Below, in pieces: positions 1-12,286 of a stretch of DNA of 64,000 nucleotides. Position numbers and translations under genes: made by a program. The notes beneath the pieces are model-generated. The model had not been told where the DNA came from, searched no databases, and was given only the letters and a program-made list of their open reading frames with translations. Position 1 is the stretch's first letter; each line of letters starts with the position of its first letter. The stretch is from Stegostoma tigrinum (Eukaryota): the NCBI RefSeq assembly GCF_030684315.1, contig NC_081359.1, positions 22,082,184-22,146,183 on the forward strand. Direction: 5' to 3'.

Positions 1-1973
1 AAAGATTCCAACGTATAATCTACCATTTTAAAATTACCTAATTCAAATGATCTAATAATTCTATTTTCTTTAAATACAGACTCTACACCGAAACAATGTT
101 TAGTTCAAATATATCAATGATTTGATCTTGAAAATAGTCACAGTTATCTGAATCATCAGACGTGCGCTGCCTTATCTTCCCAAAAACGTAACATGCCCTA
201 AAAAGGAGTTATAACTTCCAAGAAATTGTACGAATGACAAGTCCTGATATCTAGACTGTGCCATTAACAATGCTATAAACCTCAAAATAGTCAAACAGCC
301 CTGGTTGTAGCTGTAATAACATATGCACATTTCACCCATCTCCCAATATGTCCAATGTAAATAACAATATGTGTATTATTAACATGCATCTCTTTGGAAA
401 TAGACACATTGGCCAGATTTTTAAAAAAAGATACAGTTTAGGGCTATGAAGGGAATCCCATTTTCTGTTTAAGTTTTCTTTGTGACTGATATAGAAGGCA
501 GTTAATAATATAATTAAAGCTTTCTTTTTGGAAACTTGCATCCTGTTTGGCTTCATCTGCCACTGTGCATCACATCTTTGCAAACAAATCTCATTTTGTA
601 AAGCATATCTTTTGTCAAACCATTATTTCTATTTTTGTTTGAGAGTTTGACATACGTCTTATTTCAAAGTAATGCTCACCACACACTGAGTCAGGGAGCA
701 GACAGCACTGCAACGTCCTAACACACAGTGGTATGGGGTTAACTATTTCACAGACCATAAAATATCTTCAAAAAACAAACACATTACAATTTCATTTTGG
801 TTATGTTGAACAAATTAGTTTCTCCTGTTACAAATGTTCCAACTACCTACATTTATCTTTGTAAAATGCTACAGAAACATGTGCTATCTACTCAAAAATC
901 TTTTGACAATCAAAATGCTTCACCTCAGTAGCGGAACTGAAAATCTCTGCACTGACTTTCACTTTGTAGTTCAAACACCTGTCTTTTGTGAATTCAAGCT
1001 CTGAGTTTCTACCAAGGGAAGAAAGGTAAACGGTTCAATGAATTTTTTTGCTTCACGGCTATGTTGTAGGAGAAAAGAGTCTGATATGTATAGATGCATT
1101 TTGTACATTAATACAGACTCTCACTCACTCTCCTTGCCTGATCACAGCCTAGCTATTTTCTCTTAAATGCTATGTTTATGGACTGTACACTACACAACGG
1201 AAACTGAACATTTAATATAAATGTTTTGGCTGTACACAATAAAGATATTCAGTATGACAGGGCCAAATTGTATCAATATTTACGACTTGGATGATCATTG
1301 ACATAAGGTAATAGCATTATATTGGACCACAATCAGACCTTGAATATATTGTGCATTCTATTCTTGCATTTTCAATCGATTTTGAAAATCAATTGTTAAT
1401 TTTTTCCCAATCTTGCTTACTTCACATAACACGGCTGTAGATGAAATAACACATAGCAAGGCACAAAGAAACAGCAGTGCATGGGGTTCCTTATGTGATC
1501 AAAGCATCTCTATAACTACAAATAAACTAACTGTACTGGCAAACTCTATGCTTTATAGTACAGCCTGTCAATAGCCAATCATGAAACATGGTACAGTGCC
1601 ACAAACGCTGATGTGAAATAATTCATAAAAGATTCAAAGTACTCCTAAAGAGTAGTTTAACCATTTCTTTTCACTCAATTTACAGTAACTGACAAAACAA
1701 TTAGATACGGTTCTCTAATTGAGAAGCACGTATCTGCAATGCTTCACTTGCACTCGGTTATTGTTTCTTCTGTGTTAGTACATATGTTTCAAAGTTCATC
1801 ACTAAACAAAACTACAGGTGTACTAATGTTTATCTGCAGATAATCATCAAACTACAACTATCCAGTGCTTTCCAGTATAATCATTACTAAGCAACAGCTT
1901 TTCTTCCTTGCACCTTCCCCCAATATCTAGACTGTAGTTGGCATCTTGCCACTTGCGAGCAGAAAGTGTTCCA

Positions 1974-1990
1974 GTGCCATCTACAGGCCA
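1974..1990 (-). promoter_or_regulatory. CTCF-like motif in PCDH9 intron
   Basis: Minus strand TGGCCTGTAGATGGCAC versus CTCF core CC(A/G)(C/G)(C/T)AG(A/G)(G/T)GGC(A/G): one mismatch. Confidence 0.5.
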
Positions 1991-2292
1991 TGCCTTGTTT
2001 CCCTAATTTTAGACGCAATCAAGTAATTTGAAATCGGCTTAATTTAAATCTTCATTAGTGAGAAATTAATAGGCCTACACAAACAAATATTCGGCATGAT
2101 AAAATAATAAACTTTGTTGGTTTTCTAACCACTTTGTAGTTTGGGTGCTTGTGATAATTCTTTTCAGGTAAGTTTAATTTGCAATGGAATGATTTCTACA
2201 AATTTCTGCAGGTCACTGCTGTGCTTTGCCTTGTACTGGGAAAAAATAAAATTAGAGGCGGTACTGATAGACTAGTAAAAGCTTTCAGTTAC

Positions 2293-5200
2293 CTGTCGGG
2301 TGTGCAATGGGCCCTTTGTCTTGAAGCCTCCTTGGGAGCTACACTCTGAGGCACTGAAGTGGTCTGAACTAGTGGAAGAGCGCTTCGACAGGGTGTCACA
2401 ACCCCCAACGAAGGTGTTGTCCAAAGGGAGCTCCTGAATCACGTGATGCTTTTTCGCAGAAATAGGGGTGTCTGGCTTCAGATGAAAAGAGGGCTGCGGA
2501 GAGCCAGATTTGTAATGCCTCGCTAGGTCTGGGCTGTTGGGCTTAAATGTAGTTGGTGGTGTGCTGCCCCAGTCAAATCGCCCTATCGTTTGCTCCTCCA
2601 GCTCAGCTGGAAGGGTAATGGTTCCATTGATGGGCTCATGGGCAGGGTCATCAGGTTTGGATTCCTCAATAGTGACAAAGTTTAGGAGGGAACTCTTTGG
2701 GGATTTTCTTTTCTTCCTTTTCTTCTTTTTGTTCTGCTTGCACTCCTGATTGGGAGACATCCATTCAGCACCCTGCTTGTTCCTTTGTGTAGTCTTGAAC
2801 CTTGAGGACTGCCGGCACCGCACCAATATTGTAACAAAGATGACCACAATCACTACCATGGCTCCAGCCACTATGGCAATCATTATGGTAAGATAATCCT
2901 CATTTTGCCAGGGCTGGGTGCCATCTCCAATGTTCTTATCTAGTGGAGTCTCCATTGTCCTCCGTATTAACTCATAGACGTAACTAGCATTGTTTACCGT
3001 ATCATTTACATACAAGTAGACAAGCACAAGTGTGTGCAAGGGTTTTGGATAACCTAAATCGCTGATGTTCACGACCAGACGGTGCAAGCCCTGGTCTACG
3101 GTAGTCGGTTTCTCCTCCAAGGTAATATTACCCGTCACAGGGTCAATTCGAAACAAACCCTTGTTATTTCCACTGACAATGCTGTATTTGAGCTCTGCAT
3201 TCATACCTGTATCAACGTCCACAGCAAACACTTCTGCCACCACGGAACCAGGTATAGCAGACAGGGGCACTAATTTGAATGAAGAGTTGGAGGGTGGGTA
3301 GATTACAACGGGACTGTTATCATTGACATCTATGACATTGATAGTGACTTTAGCAATGGAAGTGCGGACTGGTCTCCCCCTGTCCACAGCTTTAACTTCG
3401 AATGTGTAGGAGCTTTGCTGTTCTCTGTCGAATGATACGTTGGACCTTATCACACCACTCAGTGGGTCCAGAATAAAATTTGCATTGTCACCCACAACAG
3501 AAGCCATCACCTCTGCATTGGCCCCTGCATCCAGGTCAGTGACAGTAATCACTCCCACGGTGCTGTACTTTGGCAGGTTCTCGGACACAAAGAACTGGAA
3601 GTGGTTGTGAGTGAATTTGGGGTTATTGTCATTCTCATCCAGCACGGTGACGATCACGGCCGCTTGACTCTGTAGCGGAGGGTTACCGCTGTCCCTGGCA
3701 GTCACGGTGAAAATGTAACGCTCCTGTTCCTCCCGGTCGAAGACCCGGGAGGCGGTCAGGACGCCCGTCTTGCGGTCCAGGTCGAAAAACGAGGCGTTGG
3801 GCCCCAGCTGGTAGACGATCTCTGCGTTCTTGCCGCTGTCGTCGTCCGTGGCACTAACGGTGGTCAGGTAGAGGCCACGGTGGTTGTTCTCGGGCACTGC
3901 CAGCTCGATTACGGGCTGGCTGAAGACCGGGGGGTTGTCATTCTCGTCCTCCAGCTTCACCCTCACCAGGGCGCTCTGGTTGAGGCTGGGTTTGCCCGCG
4001 TCTGATGCCACTATCCTGAAGGAGTACTGGTTGGTGCTCTCGTAGTCCAGGAAGGAGGAGGTTTCCAGCAGGTACTGGTTGTCATACACAGCTTTGAGGT
4101 GGAAGGGCACCTCCTTCTCAATGTAGCACACCACCTTGCCATTGACATCCGTGTCCCTGTCGGAGACGGTGATGAGGGCGATTTTGGTGTTGACCGGGTC
4201 TTTCTCCGAGAGGTGCACAGAGCCATTGACCGGGCTGATGATGTAGCGGATGTCAATCCCGGGCGGGTTGTCGTTCACATCGGTGACATTGACGGTGACG
4301 GTGGCTCGGGCGGGGCTGGAGCTTCCGTCGGTCGCCAGCACGGTCATCTTGTGCAGCGAGACGTCCTCCCGGTCGAGCGGCCGCTGCACGGTGATGAGCC
4401 CGAGGCTCGGGTCCAGGGCGAAGTAGCGGCGGACGGCGGCGGGGGTCTGCGGGCTGAACAGGTAGCGGAGCTCGGCGTTGGAGCCCACGTCGGCGTCGGT
4501 GGCGTGGAGCTGGATGACCGAGGTGCCGAGGGGCGAGTCCTCGGGCAACTGCACCTCGAGCTGGCTCTCCCGGAACACCGGGCGGTTGTCGTTCACGTCG
4601 CTGACGGTGACCTGCAGGATGGCGGTGCTGGATTTCGGGGGTTCCCCGCCGTCTTGCACTTTGATCTTCATCACGTAGGTGTCCTTCTGCTCCCGGTCCA
4701 AGCCCCGTTGGACGATGAGCTGCGGCCACTTCTCGCCCTCGGGGCTCTCCACCACGTCCAAGCCCAGGACGCTCTGCCCGTCTAACAGCTGGTAGCGCTG
4801 CACGCCGTTGGCGCCGGTGTCCGGGTCGCTGGCCGACGGGATGGGGAAGCGGCTGTTGGGCAGCGTGTTCTCCGGGATGGAGATGTTGATGACCGGCGAC
4901 GGGAACATGGGCGCGTTGTCGTTCACGTCCCGCACCACCAGCTTCACCTTGACCAGCCTGAAGTAGTCGTTGGGCAGGATCACCACCTCGATCTCGAACG
5001 AGCACTCGCTCGACCCCGACTCCCCGGCGCACAGCCTCTCCCGGTCGACCCGCTGCGAGCCGGTGTAGATGTCCCCGGTGCCGCTGGAGACCCGCAGCAG
5101 CGGCACCTCGCCCGCCTTGGACACCAGGCGGTAGATGAGGTCGGCGCCGCCGGCCGAGATGTTCAGGTCCCGCGGGATGCTGCCGATCAGGATGTTCTCC

Positions 5201-5304
5201 GGCAGCTCCTCCTGGATGGTGTAGACCAGCTCCTGCGCCAGGGTACAGTCCACCGTCAGGCAGGCGACCAGAGCGAAGAGGAGGTAGAAATCCCGCACGT
5301 CCAT
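2293..5304 (-). CDS. PCDH9: Protocadherin-9 (delta1 protocadherin), large coding exon: signal peptide, 7 cadherin repeats, TM helix, proximal cytoplasmic tail. Downstream exons lie outside the window; unspliced read-through stops at 2272.
   Basis: [12 protein letters not shown]...[14 protein letters not shown], with repeated DRE/DxNDN cadherin motifs, [24 protein letters not shown] and tail [23 protein letters not shown]...KGPLHTRQ, matches PCDH9 as I recall it. True ATG at 5304 (the track's 5325 start is a TTG); donor CAG|GTAACT at 2293/2292. Confidence 0.96.
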
Positions 5305-5310
5305 CACTGC
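3640..5310. promoter_or_regulatory. CpG island covering the 5' half of the PCDH9 coding exon
   Basis: Very high GC and CpG density by eye, against AT-rich, CpG-depleted flanks. Confidence 0.8.
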
Positions 5311-5518
5311 ACCAGCAAGAAACAAGGGATACCACTTCCCAAGCTTTGGTCACACAACCCAGACTTCAACCTGCACTACTCTCCTCAATAACAATTCCTT
5401 TTTTTAAAAAAAAGCAGCCCTGTATCTCTCTAGCGTTGCTGGAAAACCAGCACAAAATTGAACACTATTGAACATCCATCGATGTTGCAAGTTTCTTGGC
5501 TTGTTTTTTCTTGTATTT
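5305..5518 (-). other. PCDH9: 5'UTR part of the PCDH9 coding exon, with predicted splice acceptor at 5519-5520
   Basis: Minus strand reads ctgcctgctcttccctctctctgtgcAG|aaatac: polypyrimidine tract plus CAG. Confidence 0.55.
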
Positions 5519-6120
5519 CTGCACAGAGAGAGGGAAGAGCAGGCAGCGACGGTTTATTTTTCCTTTGATTCTTCTTCTTTCCCCTCCTCCCCCCCAAAAA
5601 AACCCCACCACCTTGTTCTATCTCTCTGCCCTTCGCCTGCTCGGTGCAATATTTACAATGCACGGCGCACAAAACTGCCGGAGGATGCATTCAGTTCCCG
5701 GGCAGCCGAATCAGCCTGCAGCTTCTCCTTGGTACGGTTCAACCGCGTGAAAATCATCATCGTTTTATACATGAGGAAGGGGAGGGGGGGTGGGCTGTCG
5801 GTGGTGGGAGAAGCGTAATCTCAGCAACCGAGCCGGCTGTAGTTTGCAGTTATCCCACTATTGCGACAGTTTGCACGGCGAGAGAAGTTGCAAGGATACA
5901 GCAGACCGTGCACGGAATTGCAGGAGCTCCGCATTTTTTTTTGTTTTCTCACCCCCCCTTCTCCGTTTTAAATCCAGTTTTCTTTAAATGCTGGTCCTTC
6001 CTCTGCACCAACTGCCATTCCACGTTTTTTTTTGGGGGGGAGGAAGATGCAACGAACTTAAAACAAAACCAAACGACGGAGCTGTAACGAGATGCAGCGG
6101 GCAACACGAGTTTGAATCAC

Positions 6121-6240
6121 CTGTTCTGTCCTCCGTTCCCTATATCCTCCGTTCCTTTTCTCACACACATACATACACACACATCCGCGTCTCTCTACTG
6201 AATCTTCTCCCTAACTCTTGATCAGCCCAAGTGAGTATAG
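6121..6240 (-). other. Candidate non-coding first exon of PCDH9 (5' boundary uncertain)
   Basis: Donor-like CAG|GTGATT at 6121/6120 on the minus strand, just downstream of the GC-box/CCAAT/CRE cluster. Confidence 0.35.
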
Positions 6241-6244
6241 TCCT

Positions 6245-6480
6245 CCAGGTCCCGCCCCCGGCTCCTGCGCCTATTCGCTGCCCGTTGCCTGCCGCTGTTG
6301 GGGAGGACGGGGTGCCAGCCCATTGGCTCCGGGAGCCGTCCATCATCCCCCTTAGCCTTGAAAGTTGTGCAGAATTCCTGATCAGCTGCAAGGCTGACGT
6401 CACCGACCGACAGCAAGTGACTGGTGAGGGGCAGGATTTTATCCCAGGCTCAGACAGACACACGCACGCACACACACACT
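6245..6480 (-). promoter_or_regulatory. Putative PCDH9 CpG-rich promoter
   Basis: GC box GGGGCGGG (6251-6258, minus), CCAAT (6322-6326, minus), perfect CRE TGACGTCA (6395-6402), (CA)n at 6457-6479. Confidence 0.6.
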
Positions 6481-8545
6481 CAACATTGACTAACCCGCTC
6501 CCAGCCTCTCCCTTAGTGAATGTGGATTAAGCGCACACCAATCAATTCACCTGAACACATGCCCCTCAACACACACACAACGTCCCCACAAAACATGTAG
6601 CAAACTCTCCTCTAACCCACGCGGGTTTGCAGGTTGCACAGCACGGGTGTGCATCTGAGCAGGGACGAGGTACACAAGGGAGGTGTACAGTGAACTCCGG
6701 AGGGAATGCCTCGCGGAGGAAGCATCAACTCCGGCGGAGTTGCGTTGAAGAGTCTATTTCTGTGCTGCAAGTTGGATGCATTCGATTGCCACGTTTCAAC
6801 ATTTTAAATATATACTCAATTAGCAACTGCCACGAGTGACAAGCGACATTTGAATATCAAACTGCAATGACAGAGGCTTTCAATTGGCAGCGGACTCATG
6901 CTAACACTAATTAAAGGCTGGTCCCACCTCTTCCCTTTCAGGCAAGAATTCAGAGGTGTTTTGTACATTTTCCCCCTTAATTATGTGCGCAAAATGAAAA
7001 TACTGTTCGAATTAAAATGCAATCATTTCATCTCTTGCAACAGCTCAAGGAAACAACCAGTGATCGGCTACCTGCGGGAGTATAGATCAGACAGTGGCGA
7101 TTATTGCACTGATCAGGAAAGAACTTCTATTTATTTACTGGATCGTTCCCATTCAATCCGTAAGGGCGCCCAGAGTTTAGTGGTTACCTCCTGAAAGCGC
7201 ACGGAGAGTCGTGCCCCAAGTCTCCTCGACTTCCAGTATTCCTTCTTCCTTCTACACTAGCTGTACAAAGTTGGCATTGAACAGGCAGGAGTGTTGGAGA
7301 GGGAGAGAGCAGAGCTTGGAATCTGTTGCCTCAAAGAGATGAAGGGTTAGCCATGTTCAAATCGAGTACAAACAATAACCCCGATCTGAATGACCCACTG
7401 TCATTGTATTTATCTGGTACCGGAATTACAGGCAGGGCCCCTCAACATTGTTCCAAAGCGCAGGTCCGCAACTCGCAGCGATTTGCATCTCCCGAGAAAA
7501 TTTGATTTCAGGCAGCGGGTGAACACACTTTCACTAATGTGAAAAAATTGATTTACAACTTAAAACGCGCAACTGCGAATTACATAGCTCACTTACTCTC
7601 CACAAAACTATCTATTATTCGGTCAAGCGGGATGTTGGTTTCATTTTATGTACAAGTTAAGCCCCAGTACATTCAGTAAGATACGAACTCTGCCGAAAAA
7701 GTTTTGCTGGTTTAGTCGGGAGTTTTGTTTTTATTTGTTCCAAAAATAACTTGTTCCAGGAGATTTTTGAAGTTGAAACGCATGATCTACTCGGGGTTGG
7801 GTTTAGTCCACAGGATGCCGAGAACTCCATGCTGTAAATTACACTAAGGCCATTTTTTAAAAAGACTGTAATAACTGCAGGGGACTGTTCAATCATTATC
7901 CATTTGCTCAGACCCTACATCTCAGCAAGAAAACAGCGATGCCAAGCTGAAATATCTGCAACTGGGGGATCGATTACTAGCAGCCACTGTCTAACAGGAG
8001 ACAAAATAAACAAGGGGCTCAGAGCAAACTAAAAGGGAGTCACCGCAGCAACAAAACAGACACATTCTTCCTCGAAACTTGCGTGAGGGTTTGTTTCCTA
8101 ATATCTAAGTCGGAAATATTCGCCTTTAAACAAAGCAATTCCGTGAAGTGCCCCGCAGTAATTTGTTATTGTTGTTGGTTGTTTTTTATCCTTTAAAATT
8201 AACTGGACGTTCACATTCCAGTTAAAGTCAGATGAATCAGCAGAACTAGCTTGTTTCGCTGGTCTCCTTAAATGAATAAAGGAGGGCCCCAAAACAAGAC
8301 TGTCTCTCAATTACTTTCTTCACGTTTCCAGCTAAAACGTTAACGTCTTTTCCATCAACCCCTTATACACCCTTTCAAGAGTAATGTGGACATGTAATCC
8401 AACATTTTATCCCTTTAAAGAAGCCCAGAGGAATTTGCGAAAACTTCAATACATTATGATGACTTTGTGCTGGGAAATGGTGAATGTAATCGTCTCTGGA
8501 GATCTTTCTCAAGAAATGAAACTGATGTTACTGCATTAGTCAAGG

Positions 8546-8559
8546 CTGCCATCTAGAGG
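8546..8559 (-). promoter_or_regulatory. CTCF-like motif upstream of PCDH9
   Basis: Minus strand CCTCTAGATGGCAG, one mismatch to the CTCF core. Confidence 0.5.
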
Positions 8560-10113
8560 AGCTTATGTTTAATAGCAGCCTGTCTAATCGCAGACTTCGC
8601 CTTTACGCTGTCCACTCGCACTTCGAGACGGCCATGCACTTAAAGCTAAGGATATATATATTTTAAAAAGGGAACCGTGCAATATTTGCGCTTTGCCGCA
8701 TTCCACTACAATGTCCTTTGAAATCAACACTGTCGATACCTTCATATACGTTTCTGATTAACCAAAGGCAGTGCACAAACTTGTTCAAGTGTACCTTTTA
8801 TTTAACAAATGCATTTATCCGCATGAGCTTTTGTCCATACTACGAAGACAGACTATTCTAACGTTCAATAAGGTTATGGTTAATATTTGGCATCATGTCG
8901 ACTTTCAAACCTGCACCCTACATCCTTCCATTTACCAAATTCAAAAGTTTGTCAATCTTGGCTCTGAACATGATCGGGGACTGAATATTCATGGACGAGG
9001 GAGAAAATTCCAAAGATTCAAGATGGTCTGATATTCTACATTATCCCGAGGTTCCAGACTCTCCAGCTAGAGGAGACATTCTCTCAGCGCCGAGAATTGT
9101 AACATTTATGGAAAGTGGATACCTAACAGCAACAAATAATACAGTGCAAGTATAATAATAGTCCAGAACAATAGTTCTACAAACCAAATGCAACAGTAAT
9201 ACAGAATTAAAAAGAAAACGTTGTTAAAGTGAAGAACAAAAGATATAGAAGTTAATGTTTCATGAAGATGACATTTCGGAGGAACTGGTTTCGGCCCACA
9301 TGTGTTAAACATGAGAAGAGAAACTGAAAACAATGAAGATGATAACGCAAAAAGGACAAAGGGAAATCCGATTGGAGAGTAAAGCAAGATGGGCATTCTG
9401 AAATAGAAGTGAACTAAGCAAGAACAAACAACATGCTCCCGTTTTTCAAGGAGCATTTCTCGTGAACACAAATTCAGTTTTTCCAAATATATTTAAGTTT
9501 TTTTACAACAAAATCAATTTGTATAGCACTCTGAATATGGTAAACCCCAAGACAGCTGACAGGAGTACTAGCAAATAAAACTTGACAGCTTGTCAGAATA
9601 GGAATGTTAGAAGGAGTGACCTAATGCTTGGTCAAACTGATATGTGCCTTAAATAAGGAAGGAGCGGGGAAAAGGTGAAAGGGCAGAAGTTTGGAATTAT
9701 AGGAAGAAGACTTGAGGGTTGAGGCTTAACCGCCCGTGATTAAAATCCAGCTGCGCAAGAAGATGTAATTAGCCAGAATCCCGGCGGGCTATTGGCTGGA
9801 CTAGATCTAGGCAACAGGAAAGATTGGCTGGGAAGGGTTACTGCTTTGGATTTATAGCAGTCTACATACTTATGGGCAGAAACCTATATTTTATTTTGTA
9901 TGATGGTTTCTCTGAATGGGTTCTGGTAAAGTACCTTGCTCTTATTAACTGCTCATGTCACCAAGCTGCCTCTGAAAATAAAATAGCAAATTTTCAACCA
10001 GGAATAAATTATAGGGGTGCATGGATTTTTGGGTACTTTTCTGTTTGAGAAATTCCCAAATGAATCTTTGAAATAGTACTCAAGTCAGATACTGACCTGA
10101 AATTGTAATCATA

Positions 10114-10314
10114 GATAATGGGAACTGCAGATGCTGGAGAATCCAAGATAACAATGTGTGGAGCTGGATGAACACAGCAGGCCAAGCAGCATCTCAGGAG
10201 CACAAAAGCTGACGTTTCGGGCCTAGCCGCTTCACCTAGGCCTGAAAATCAGCTTTTGTGCTCCTGAGATGCTGCCTGGCCTGCTGTGTTCATCCAGCTC
10301 CACACTTTGTTATC
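10114..10314. mobile_element. Palindromic Penelope-derived mini-element (family A), HHR cores disrupted at the centre
   Basis: Inverted arms 10147-10225 and ~10236-10314, plus a 33-nt one-sided extension (10114-10146); same sequence as the copies at 16.0, 25.7, 48.6 and 52.0 kb. Confidence 0.75.
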
Positions 10315-11789
10315 ACTAACCAGAAATTACCTGAGTTATTCAAGTTGTGAGTCAATTAAGTATATAATTTGTGTTGAGAAATTCAATATAGATTACATTT
10401 ATTGCAATTTTAGTACCTTTAATTTAATTATTTAAATGCGGGTAGTTATTCTTATTCACGTCCTTTGCCATTTGGTGCAGTATAAAACTTTATGTTTAAA
10501 CCGTGAACATTGCAACTTCATTATTTTAGTAAGTGCGTTGGTTTTTGGATTCATAAATAAAAACATTACTGGTCTCTACTGAAATCATATTACATTCACA
10601 TAAATTATTTCATGGAGCAGTTTCAAGGAATGAAACATAATGTTGTATAGCAGAGGTGGCTGGAGCTTTGGTCTATGGTTGCCAGCATCTCAGTTTAAAG
10701 TCCTTTCTTCCTGCTGAAGTAATAACAGTGCAAAATAAATGATTTTGGTGTGATTTAAACTAATATTGAGCTCATTCCCGACACTGTTGCTTGCTTTGAA
10801 AACAAGACATACACCAGTACTCTCACTTGAGAAAACTATAAAACAAATTGGAGGCCAGGGTGGAACATTTGAGTGCAGTGGAAGTGAGGATGCTCTTTAG
10901 AGATTGAGCTCAGTGCTTAATGAAAAATACTGCATCAGACACAAGGCTGCTTGATGCGAGCACTGGGTGATACAAAGTCCCTTGCTCCGTTATTCATTTC
11001 ATACAACGGTCTTTAAAAATTTGGCACCTTCCAAAAAACATAAAGGAAGCCAATCCAGAGGATGTGGTACAAGTGGATCTCCAGTACATTCTTTCAATGG
11101 TTGTTTTTATTTTAAGTAGATGACCTTCAGGCATGGATGTTATAATTATTGGCTCTTTATTGGGTTTTTGGTTTTTTTTGTTTGATGTTGGCTCACTCTA
11201 GACTTTGGACATATGAACCAATATGAGCAAATATGGCCACTGGCATCGTGTACAGATGCCAGCAAGGTGACTTTGGTATCAACTGTCAGTACTGCTTAGA
11301 ACCTCCATTGCAAACAGTTGCCAATTTCAAACTGATACACCAAAGCCTAGTAACTTCTCTGTGACTTATGAATAATAACAGAATATATTGTAAGAAGGAC
11401 ATCATGATTATTTTTCACATAACTCACCAAGTTGTAGATATACCTGATACTCTTTACAGGAGTTATCTTACACAATAGGTACATCAATGTCAAAGCTATT
11501 CCATGTGGTGGTACTAGACTGTTTAGATGAGGGAGATACTGGATTCACTGTTCAAAATCCCTGTCAAATTCACTAATGGTATCCCCTGAGATTGTGACCT
11601 CTCACCTCACAGCCTTTTACCTTTCTGCTGCTCTTGACATGGCTGCCTACTTTTGCAATTCCTTTTCTTGCTTGTCAATTTGAGTAGGTTTGTCCTTGTT
11701 TATTTTCATTTCCACTATCTGATTGTATGGCAGTGACATCGCTTCCTGCCCAAATGCTGAAACTTAGAAATTTCCTAAAATATCCTGGT

Positions 11790-11885
11790 TCTGAGGAAGG
11801 GTCGCTGGACCCGAAACATTAACTCTGTTTTCTCCTCCACAGATCCTGCCGGACCTGCTGAGCTTTTCCAGCAACTTTATTTTTG
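11790..11885 (+). mobile_element. Penelope-type pLTR fragment (family B) with minimal hammerhead motif
   Basis: CTGAGGA-A-GGGTC-gctg-GACCC-GAAA-CATT at 11791-11820; flanked by ATCCTGGT duplication (11782-11789 / 11886-11893). Confidence 0.7.
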
Positions 11886-12152
11886 ATCCTGGTCTTTGCC
11901 GTCTTTACTTTGCCAGCGAGCTGCCTCTTCAAGTAATCATCTACAGATATGGATTTCTTTTTGCGTGTGTATTAATATTCAATGTTTCTATTACCACTCT
12001 TGATACTTCCACTGCATTTGTATTGTTAGACATATGCATCAAATTTGTGGATCAGCTGCAAAACTTTTTTCTTACACATTGAGATTACTCAGCTTGTTTT
12101 CAAAAGCTTCTTTCCTTGAAATAAGTATCTCTTCTGTGCATTTCTAAACACA

Positions 12153-12286
12153 GTTCTGAAGAAGGGTCACTGGAGCCAAAATGTTAACTCTGATTTCTCT
12201 TCACAGATGCTGCCAGGACTGCTGAGATTTTCCAGCAATTTCTGTTTTGTTTCAGATTTCCAGCATCCACAGTACTTTTGGTTTTG
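12153..12286 (+). mobile_element. Family B pLTR fragment, decayed hammerhead
   Basis: CTGAAGAAGGGTCACTGGAGCCAAAATGTTAACTCTG...CACAGATGCTGCCAG, homologous to the copies at 11790 and 49447. Confidence 0.65.

Noticed and set aside
5305-5325. N-terminal extension MFLAGAV in the ORF track
   Set aside because: Starts at TTG; the homologous PCDH9 start is the ATG at 5304.
4011-5353. Long overlapping ORFs (366 aa minus, 228 aa plus) within PCDH9
   Set aside because: Expected by-product of extreme GC3 bias; low-complexity Arg/Gly/Pro translations with no recognisable domains.
8603-8625. REST/RE1 site
   Set aside because: Only the CGCTGTCC half matches.
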